DNA from: Octopus sinensis
Taxonomy: Eukaryota
Direction: 5' to 3'
DNA length: 64,000 nucleotides
Assembly (NCBI RefSeq): GCF_006345805.1
Contig: NC_043001.1
Span: 115,072,001 to 115,136,000 of the forward strand
Position numbers and translations under genes: made by a program. The number at the start of each line of letters is the position of its first letter. Position 1 is the stretch's first letter. Shown piece by piece: positions 54,116-64,000 of this stretch. Below the pieces are notes generated by a model. The model was given only the letters and a program-made list of their open reading frames with translations, made no database searches and was not told the origin of the DNA.

Positions 54116-56384
54116 TATATTATTGCGGACATTTGCTGTTTGATTGCTTGATATATTCTTATCAATATTGATCGATTGTGGCCTGTCAGAAAGATAACAG
54201 CAAATGCCATTTTATGTTGTTTATGACGCGTGCCTTATCGAACATAATCGATTCTATAGTTTGATAAAAAAAAATGATTGTGTATGTGTGAGTGCGTGTG
54301 TACGTGTATGTATGATTATGACACAAACACACCCAAGCACACACATACAAACAGACACGAACTCACACACACAAGCATATATGTCACTAAATATAAATTA
54401 ATGTTAAACGATATAATATAAGCGAATAAACAAAATAAAATATAATAAAGACGAAACTAAGTTGATGAAATCACTCTATCGATATTGTTCGTCCAAGACT
54501 AACGTCAATTTTTTTGTTATCCCATAAATTTTTTTCAGTCAGGCTGTTACAAGTTATAATAGTTTACTACATATGTATGAGTATAGATGTGTGTATGTAT
54601 GTGTGTGTGTGTGTGTGTGTGCATACACAGATATAAACAGTGTCTAATAAAGTTATTAGAATGCATATTTGACATAAAGACACTGCAAAACAAGCAAAAC
54701 AAGTAGAATGGTTTACATGCATACACACATAAACAAACCTATTTATGTGTGTGTATATGTCTGTATATGTGTTCGCGTGAGTGTTTGTTTGTACGCATGT
54801 ATGTATGTACGTACGTATTGGTATTAGTATTAGTATTAACTGGTGATTCTACCGTTATATCTAGTTTTCTCTTTAACACGGTTCTTGAAATAACAATATA
54901 TTACATTCATATATACATGCGTACATGTGTGTGTGTATGTGAGTGTTTGCGCATGTGTGTGGCATACGTGTCCTCAATGGACTTTCAGCTTCTCTGCTTG
55001 CTTATTTGTATGAACGTTTTAATATGCTTGCCTGTGTGCCTGATGGGTTAGTGAGAAACCGGTAGCCTTGTGAATTTATTAAAAAAAGATTTTTGTTTCA
55101 TTCGCATTGTTTCGAAAACTATTCTGAGTGGAGGTAATACTACCATGTATTCACTTGTATACAGAAGATCTAGCGGATCTCTAAAATGAGATCCGGTATT
55201 TTAGAGATAAAAATAAGAATGTGTAAATTGATTTTGAATATTAGTGTTGTAAAGGAAGTCTAGGAATCTAGTAATGTCTTGCATCAGCAAAATCAAAATT
55301 AATAATATGTTTTGGTGAGTTTATAAACAGTAAAGAAGAGAAAGTTATGTAAGTTTAGGAGGAAGACCTCCATAGAAAAGGGAGAATTTTAACTCTCGAA
55401 GTTTTCAATGAAGATGTAGATTCTATAGAAATGTGTTCGAATTGAGTAGTGGAGGACAGAAGCGATGGTAACTTAAGAGAATATGAAGTAGAAAATAAAG
55501 ATGTTGGAAACTTATAGGTGGAATAGAATTTGCTAGGGTTTAGAGAGCTCTCATGAAATTTCTTCGGTAAATATAATTATAATTAAATATACGCATAAAC
55601 ACAGGTATTTATATATACAGTTGTCAACATGCTGACACAATCACGAAGGTACATTAACGTGTGTGTGTGTGTGTGTGTGTGTGTATTTGTGAACGCATGC
55701 ACAAAGATACACATATATAATCACACACATGTTCCTATATATATGGCCAGAAATATGGGCACACGTTCACCTGTGTGAATCTTCTCACAGTCTATTATAT
55801 ACCTTCAAACGCTTTGTTTGCACCACAACTGATCCTTCACTTGTAATGTACCACACCTGATGCTTTATATCGTAATGCCACAAACAACACTGTCTAAAAA
55901 ATCTAGCATCAAATTACACAAAACGTGGGCTGTTACCCCACTAAAACTACCTCTTGCGTTACATGGAAATTCTGCCCCATATTTTATATCGAGGAAACAT
56001 GACGCCATTCTGTAGATCGATTCTTGGAATACTTCTCCAGTGTCCCCCACTGCAATTCAGGAAATCCGATGTTCTTCCCACTTGAGCATATCGAGTAACT
56101 CTATGACACACCTCTTGGTATCTTGAGGGTTCATACGTAACGGGACGTCATACTCTAGAAAACATCAATAGGTGTAACATTTTCGAGGCTCAGGATGTAC
56201 TTTGCCATGGCCCTAAATGAAAGTCTCCCCTTTGTTTATAAATCTCACACTAGGCTTCCTGTACTAATGATATTTGCCAATGAGCATAGATTTAATTGAG
56301 ATGTATTTTGCATACGTTGGGATGTATTCATGCAGATGTAAGTATACTTGCATTTGAAATGAATGAATGTATTCTGCCTGTATA

Positions 56385-56702
56385 TGTGGCTTAGTGGTTA
56401 GGGTATTCGGTTCGCTATCGTAAGGTCTTGTGTTCGATTACCGGCAGTGCGCTGTGTGCTTGAGTATGACACTTTATTTTACGTTGCTCCAGTTCAGTTC
56501 AATTAGCTGGCAAAATGTGTAGTGCCTCTAATTCAAATGGCCAGCCTTGTCATATTCTGCGTCACGCTGAATTGCCCCGAGAACTACATTAAAAGTACAC
56601 GTGTCTGTAGCGTGCTCGGCCACTTGCACGTTAATTTCACAAGCAGCTGTTCTGTCCATTGCATCAACTATAACCCTCGTCGTCGTAACCGACGGAATGC
56701 CA
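56385..56702 (+). mobile_element. tRNA-derived SINE with tail type c
   Basis: A box TGGCTTAGTGG, B box GTTCGATTACC; tail ccctcgtcgtcgtaaccgacggaatgc. Confidence 0.8.
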
Positions 56703-57599
56703 GTTGTATATATGGGAAAACATGGACATGTGTGTGTGTATACATGTATTGGTATAGACATGGTTACTCTATGACGTGTTCAAATTCAGTTAGTGATATC
56801 AACCTTGTACTTCATCCTTCCACTCAATAAAAGTATTATCTTTAACTTGCAGGGATAGAATCTATCAGCATATTCTCCTTATGTAGACATGCAGGCCTTT
56901 GTGACAATGCACCAAATCACTATTACTGCTTCCTTTGAAGCAGCTCTGCGGGCTACGGAGACACTGTTGAAGTTGAGATTCCAAGGTACTCAACAAATGA
57001 ATGATAAATGCTAGTGTTCTTAGAATACAATCTCTTGCTACCACCATTTCTTTGCGTATTTAATTGAACTTGGGATGGCAGGATAATAATCCTGTCTTTA
57101 GTTTTAAACTGTTGCAACTCCTTAAAGCAATGCATACTACCATTTGTAGCAATACGGCCAATTCCCAAGATATTTCCTCTCTTAGGAATGGCATGACAGA
57201 GGCAAATGTGTTGTTAATTGGTCGCATTGCAGGGCAAGTAAATAGGATGAAAACCACTGACCTCTTACTGGGCTGTTCATTAACCTAATGAGTGCGGATT
57301 TGGCGGTCCTTCAAACAAATAACTCCATACATAGTCGCTTCTTGCATATGTGTAAATGAGTTTGCGAGTATGTCAAAGCGCACATACGCCTTTATGTGTA
57401 TGTGTGCACGTGTGAGAATGTGCGCGCGCCAGCGTGCGTGTGTGTGTGTGTGAATTCCAAACCTATAGCTTTACGCTGAGAGCTGGATTAATATTAGTTT
57501 GAAGTGGATTTCTGGCAAATTACAGTTGAAGCTGTGAGAAAGTAGAAAATAAGGCTTTACATGTCGCTTTGATAAACGACGTCATCAACGAGTCGATCG

Positions 57600-58300
57600 C
57601 TTTAAGTGCATTTGTAAAGAATTGTGGAAATTGTAATTGTATCTACATAGAAACCAGATTTATATAAAACAGTGGAGAGAATATTTATTAACATTCTCCT
57701 TGACGAATACTAAAGTTCGAAGAAATTAAACTTCTGACAACCTGAGCTCAGAATACGGTTTCTGTTTCCAAGTAGGAGCTATTTCAATTTTGTTATAGCA
57801 TAGATGATTTTAGCATATGTGCTAACATATATAATGAGCAATGAAATGACCGAGCAGTTAGCTTACTTGAATTATCATACCACCCGAGAAGTCAAGAGCA
57901 TTGTGTAGTGTGATGATGTGCTAGGCAATAACGATTAAGCATTAATCTGGTAATCGAAGAGGTACTGAAACGGTGATGGTCTGGTGAAGAGTGAGTTTAG
58001 AGCTATTGCACTCGTCAACACTATTTGGAATAACTGTGTATCAGTCAGTGCATGAAATTATTTGTTGTAGAGAGTTAAATTTTGAAAGCAGTCGCTTTCT
58101 GCACTGGTAACATGGGCATATGATGGATGTGAGAACCAAGAAGATTTTTTAGTATTTAAGTCACCGAGGACGATGAAATCAGAGAAGAGTATAATTAGAT
58201 TGATGTCATCGATAGTAGAAGAGAAATCGTCACAGAGTTGGTCGTGGTTTTAGGAAAAGTTTTTAAAGGAGTTGGGGAAAGAAATGAGTATTACTTTCTA
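57600..58300 (-). pseudogene. Decayed APE endonuclease region of a CR1/Jockey-like LINE
   Basis: Minus-strand DFIVLGDLNTKKSSWF resembles the GDFN motif of LINE AP endonucleases. Confidence 0.45.
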
Positions 58301-58407
58301 AGACCTTCTGTATGATATTCGAGTGAGAGCCGAGTGGTGTGGAGACTGTAATTTACACGTGTGTATGCAGAACATTTGGGAGTGAAGTATGATTGTATAC
58401 TCTTTTT

Positions 58408-58793
58408 CTCTTTTACTTGTTTCAGTCATTTGACTGTGGCCATGCAGGAGCACCGCCTTTAGTTGAGCAAATCGACCCCAGGACTTATTCTTTGTAAGCC
58501 CAGTACTTATTCTTTCGGTCTCTTTTGCCGAACCGCTAAGTGACGGGGACGTAAACACACCAGCATCGGTTGTCAAGCAATGCTAGGGGGACAAACACAC
58601 ACATACACATACATATATATATATATTCGACAGGCTTCTTTCAGTTTCCGTCTACCAAATCCACTCACAAGGCATTGGTCGGCCCGGGGCTATAGCAGAA
58701 AACACTTGCCCAAGATGCCATGCAGTGGGACTGAACCCGAAACCATGTGGTTGGTAAACAAGCTACTTACCACACAGCCACTCCTGCGCCTAT
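58408..58793 (-). mobile_element. Full-length tRNA-derived SINE family 2
   Basis: Near-identical to 27611-28010; head ataggcgcaggagtggctgtgtggtaag. Confidence 0.9.
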
Positions 58794-59290
58794 CGATATT
58801 AAGGAAGATATACAAAATGCTATTCTGAACTAAAGCTGCTTGCATCGCTAATGACGTGTGTTTCGGGTCTACAATTAAGTAGTATATGTCTGCCAGCGGT
58901 GTGCTTAGGCATTTTGTTCACATTTCGATGGTTGCGGAACTATGAGCACTAAACGGATTCTGTACGAATAGTGATTCGCTTTGTAGCAGGCCGCAAGAAT
59001 TTTTGGATCTCATTTTACATAATACATGTGTAGGTGTCTGTGCGCGCGCGTGCGTTTATGTATGCGTGTATGTCTTTGTATGGGTGTGTGTGTGTGGGTG
59101 TGCGCACAGATAGACTGACAGGGCAATTGATCGCTAGATAGATACATACATGTACGCTTACATACATTTATACATATAAGCATACATAGACAGATATATG
59201 TATGAGTATAAATATTGATATGCAATACGTCCGTGCGAATTAGCGAATGTTTTACAATAAGATATAAAATGGTTTGTGTGTATATATATA

Positions 59291-59336
<46 letters not shown>

Positions 59337-59712
59337 ATATATATATATTTATATCTATATATGTGTGTGTGTGTGTGTATCTATCTATATATATATATTC
59401 ATGTATATATATATGTATGTATATATATATATATATATATATTATATATGCATATATATATATATATAGCGACTTCCATGCAGTATTCAGTTTTCTACGC
59501 TTACAAATCATAGACATCCATATATATTTTATACGTATGTATATATATACATTTATTTGTGTATACGTGTAAGCATATATGTACGTATATGCATGTACAT
59601 ATATTTGCGAATATATATTATTGAATTTATATACATAGAGAGTATATATATATTTGCATACCTATCTGTGTGCGAGAGAGATTTTTCTTCGCAGAAACAC
59701 ACATATATACAC

Positions 59713-59785
<73 letters not shown>

Positions 59786-59896
59786 TCATACGCATGTATG
59801 CACACATACATAAGCACACACACATATATATATGTAACATATTCATACGTACAAATATATTATATATTCACATACATATGTGCATGTGTGCATTTC

Positions 59897-59961
<65 letters not shown>

Positions 59962-59983
59962 ACACACGCGTATAGATAGATAA

Positions 59984-60072
<89 letters not shown>

Positions 60073-61044
60073 CATGCAGATATATAGACATATGGATATA
60101 CAGATATATAGAAATAAGTGTACATACATATATTGATGCATAGATTCACACACATCGACCGAGAGGAATTTTGAAGCTCAAAGGAAAAGAAAGAAATGAT
60201 AACAAAACAGAAAAACTAAAACCTGGAAAGAAAAAAACCGTGCAAAGAAAACTATATACGCTAAACTTATATTTACAACAACAGTTCTTGAAACAACTCA
60301 AAACTGTTGCATGAACAATAGTAATTTTGTATAATTTCTTTTCCTACCAACGTATTTTTGTCAAACAATTACATATATAAAGAAGAACATATTTTCATTT
60401 ACTCATGAAGAATTATATTCTTTTAGCACCACCTATCAACATTTTCATTTTTTTTTTCTTTGTTGCTGTAGCTATGTATATATTTTTTGTGTGTGTATGT
60501 GTGTGTTCTCCTTCTGCTCCATCGTTTTTTTTTTCTTCCTTCATCTTCAATAAATAATTGTCAATGGAAATTGTGTTCAACTCCTGCAAATATGGCCCCA
60601 AACACTAATTGGAGATAATACAAGCGGAAACTGTACCAATTCAGCTGAAAGTGCCATGGCAGCTGGGATATTTTCCATAAGTCTTTACATGAACTTAAGA
60701 GTTTTTGTTGAGTCTTTTTTTTTTGTGTGTGTGTGTGTGTATGTCTGTGTGTTTATTAACAAGGACTTTTTGTTTTTGGTCCTTTTTGTCGTTACTTATT
60801 TTCTCCAATTTTTCCCTTTATATGTATGTATATGAATATATATATATATATATAATATGCATATATGCATGTAAATAATATATATAATATATATATATAT
60901 ATGCATATATGCATGTATGAATATATATATATATATATATAATATACAATTAAGGGCTCCTAAATAAATATGCCGAGTGCTGGGAACACAAAGGGGATGA
61001 ATTTATCGAGAGTGAAAATCAAAAACGTTTACCGATAACGTTAA

Positions 61045-61122
61045 CAACTCGTACCGCGGTTTCTGCTTCTTTCTAGCAAAACACAGAATATGTTTGCTAA
61101 GGCCAGCTTCATCAGCGAGTCG
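61045..61122 (-). ncRNA. Type I hammerhead ribozyme (array copy, minus strand)
   Basis: cgactcg CTGATGA A GCT...AGC A GAA ACCGCGGT A cgagttg on the minus strand. Confidence 0.78.
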
Positions 61123-61481
61123 CCTGAATTAATCGAGGTCTGCAGCGATGTGGGACTATGTGTTAAACCCGACTACTAGCAGATCTTAACTTTTCAAATC
61201 TCTGCGCAGACGCAAAATTTACACGGGCATGCCGGGAAGATTTTTACGAATATTTCATCATGTAGTATGCGAATATAAACAAGAAGTAGTAATATTATTT
61301 ACTACCAGGTGCCCAGCACAAAAGACGAATTAGTCATAAGACAAAAATATTATTCATATAGAAAAATATTATTCATGTAGTTATACAATTAAGGCTCCTA
61401 AATAAGATGCCGAGTGCTGGGAACACAAAAAGGGGATGAATTTATCGAGAGTGAAAATCAAAAACGTTTACCGATAACTTT

Positions 61482-61556
61482 AACTCGTACCGGGTTTCTG
61501 CTTCTTTCTAGCAAAACACAGAATATTTTGCTAAGGCCAGCTTCATCAGCGAGTCG
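61482..61556 (-). ncRNA. Type I hammerhead ribozyme (array copy, minus strand, 1-nt deletion in stem III)
   Basis: Same motif; stem III reads ACCCGGT. Confidence 0.65.
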
Positions 61557-61800
61557 CCTGAATTAAATCGAGGTCTGCAGCGATGTGGGACTAAGTGTGG
61601 GACTGATGGGATGGTAGTAAATAATATTACTACCCTTCTTGTTTATATTCGCATACTACATGATGAATTTATTCGTAAAATTCTTCCCGGCATGCCCGTG
61701 TAAATTTTGCGTCTGCGCAGAGATTTGAAAAGTTAAGATCTGCTAGTAGTCGGGTTTAACACATAGTCCCACATCGCTGCAGACCTCGATTTAATTCAGG

Positions 61801-61877
61801 CGACTCGCTGATGAAGCTGGCCTTAGCAACATATTCTGTGTTTTGCTAGAAAGAAGCAGAAACCGCGGTACGAGTTG
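61801..61877 (+). ncRNA. Type I hammerhead ribozyme, array copy 1
   Basis: Stem I cgactcg/cgagttg, core CTGATGA 61808-61814, GAAA, palindromic stem III ACCGCGGT, GUA triplet. Confidence 0.8.
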
Positions 61878-62233
61878 TTAAAGTTATCGGTAAACGTTTT
61901 TGATTTTCACTCTCGATAAATCTCCCCTTTTTGTGTTCCCAGCCTCGGCATCTTTATTTAGGAGCCCTTAATTGTATAACTACATGAATAATTTTTTCTA
62001 TATGAATAATATTTTTGTCTTATGACTAATTCGTCTTTTGTGCTGGGCACACTGGAGTAAATAATATTACTACCCTTCTTGTTTATATTCGCATACTACA
62101 TGATGATTTATCGTAAAATTCTTCCCGGCATGCCCTGTAAATTTTGCGTCTGCGCAAGATTTGAAAAGTTAAGATTGCTAGTAGTCGGGTTAACACATAG
62201 TCCCACATCGCTGCAGACCTCGATTTAATCAGG

Positions 62234-62314
62234 CGACTCGCTGATGAAGCTGGCCTTAGCAAACATATTCTGTGTTTTGCTAGAAAGAAGCAGAAAACCG
62301 CGCTGTACGAGTTG
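62234..62314 (+). ncRNA. Type I hammerhead ribozyme, array copy 2 (indels in stem III)
   Basis: CTGATGA 62241-62247; gaaaaccgcgctgta. Confidence 0.6.
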
Positions 62315-62681
62315 GTTAAAGTTATCGGTAAACGTTTTTGATTTTCACTCATCGATAAATTCATCCCCTTTTTGTGTTCCCAGCACTCGGCATCTTTATT
62401 TGGAGCCCTTAATTGTAAACTACATGAATAATATTTTTCTATATGAATAATATTTTTGTCTTATGACTAATTCGTCTTTTGTGCTGGGCACCTGGTAGTA
62501 AATAATATTACTACCCTTCTTGTTTATATTCGCATACTACATGATGAATTTATTCGTAAAATTCTTCCCGGCATGCCCGTGTAAATTTTGCGTCTGCGCA
62601 GAGATTTGAAAAGTTAAGATCTGCTAGTAGTCGGGTTTAACACATAGTCCCACATCGCTGCAGACCTCGATTTAATTCAGG

Positions 62682-62759
62682 CGACTCGCTGATGAAGCTG
62701 GCCTTAGCAAACATATTCTGTGTTTTGCTAGAAAGAAGCAGAAACCGCGGTACGAGTTG
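62682..62759 (+). ncRNA. Type I hammerhead ribozyme, array copy 3
   Basis: CTGATGA 62689-62695; GAAACCGCGGTA 62741-62752. Confidence 0.8.
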
Positions 62760-63122
62760 TTAAAGTTATCGGTAAACGTTTTTGATTTTCACTCTCGATA
62801 AATCATCCCTTTTTGTGTTCCCAGCACTCGGCATCTTTATTTAGGAGCCCTTATATTGTATAACTACTGAATAATATTTTGCTATATGAATAATATTTTT
62901 GTCTTATGACTAAATCTTCGTCTTTTGTGCTGGGCACCTGGTAGTAATAATATTACTACCCTTCTTGTTATATTCGCATACTAATGATGAATTTATTCGT
63001 AAAATTCTTCCCGCATGCCCGTGTAAATTTTGCGTCTGCGCGAGATTTGAAAAGTTAAGATCTGCTATTAGTCGGGTTTAACACATAGTCCCACATCGCT
63101 GCAGACCTCGATTTAATTCAGG

Positions 63123-63200
63123 CGACTCGCTGATGAAGCTGGCCTTAGCAAACATATTCTGTGTTTTGCTAGAAAGAAGCAGAAACCGCGGTACGAGTTG
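63123..63200 (+). ncRNA. Type I hammerhead ribozyme, array copy 4
   Basis: CTGATGA 63130-63136; GAAACCGCGGTA 63182-63193. Confidence 0.8.
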
Positions 63201-63562
63201 TGTTAAAGTTATCGGTAAACGTTTTTGATTTTCACTCTCGATAAATTCATCCCCTTTTTGTGTTCCAGCATCGGCATCTTTATTTAGGAGCCCCTTTAAT
63301 TGTATAACTACATGATAATATTTTTCTATATGAATAATATTTTTGTCTATGACTAATTCGTCTTTTGTGCTGGCACATGGTAGTAATAATATTACTACCC
63401 TTCTTGTTTATATTCGCATACACATGATGAATTTATTCGTAAAATTCTTCCCGGCATGCCGTGTAAATTTTGCGTCTGCGCAGAGATTTGAAAAGTTAAG
63501 ATCTGCTAGTATCGGGTTTTACACATAGTCCCACATCGCTGCAGACCTCGATTTAATTCAGG

Positions 63563-63641
63563 CGACTCGCTGATGAAGCTGGCCTTAGCAAACATATTCT
63601 ATGTTTTGCTAGAAAGAAGCAGAAAACCGCGGTACGAGTTG
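63563..63641 (+). ncRNA. Type I hammerhead ribozyme, array copy 5 (one extra A)
   Basis: CTGATGA 63570-63576; GAAAACCGCGGTA ending at 63634. Confidence 0.72.
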
Positions 63642-63957
63642 TTAAAGTTATCGGTAAACGTTTTTGATTTTCACTCTCGATAAATTCATCCCCTTTTTGT
63701 GTTCCCAGCACTCGGCACTTTATTTAGGAGCCCTTAATTGTATAACTACATGAATAATATTTTTCTATATGAATAATATTTTTGTCTTATGACTAATTCG
63801 TCTTTTGTGCTGGGCACCTGGTAGTAAATAATATTACTACCCTTCTTGTTTATATATATATATAATATATATATATCGATTACACACCACACACACAGGC
63901 ATACGTACCATAGAATATATAAATATGTATATATATATGTGTGCATATATTTGTCTA

Positions 63958-64000
<43 letters not shown>

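Larger units (their letters stand above)
60942..61592 (-). repeat. ~1.5 inverted copies of the 441-bp hammerhead-bearing unit
   Basis: Reverse complement of the 61613-63855 unit; hammerheads at 61045-61122 and 61482-61556. Confidence 0.92.
61613..63855 (+). repeat. Tandem array of five ~441-bp non-coding units, one hammerhead each (non-LTR retrozyme or Penelope pLTR-like)
   Basis: Predicted cleavage sites at 61870, ~62307, 62752, 63193 and 63634 (spacing 437, 445, 441, 441); begins and ends with ggtagtaaataatattactacccttcttgtttata; right end merges into (TA)n. Confidence 0.93.

Noticed and set aside
55790-57290. Short ORFs 55865..56050 and 56865..57288
   Set aside because: No recognisable domain; probably decayed retroelement sequence, not assignable from sequence alone
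61613-63855. CRISPR-like array or endless ORF on a 441-nt (3x147) circle
   Set aside because: Units repeat in full with no unique spacers; the unit has many stop codons and the short ORFs in the track depend on copy-specific indels

Overview
AT-rich eukaryotic DNA packed with microsatellites and almost entirely intergenic or intronic. The SINE families and the density of (TA)n/(CA)n/(ATT)n tracts suggest an Octopus-like cephalopod genome (inference, no search run). I see no intact host protein-coding gene; most ORFs in the track are microsatellite translations. Recognisable content: three groups of tRNA-derived SINEs, degenerate mariner/Tc1, Merlin (ISXO2-like), pogo-type and hAT-type elements, a Penelope-like retroelement (RT + GIY-YIG), R4/Dong-type LINE fragments, and RTE, CR1/Jockey and Gypsy remnants. 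The main observation is about 15 type I hammerhead ribozyme motifs in at least five unrelated sequence contexts. Seven sit in a non-coding array of ~441-bp units at 60942-63855: five tandem copies on +, plus about 1.5 inverted units carrying two ribozymes on -. This is the architecture of a non-LTR retrozyme or Penelope pLTR array that could yield self-cleaved monomers or circular RNAs.
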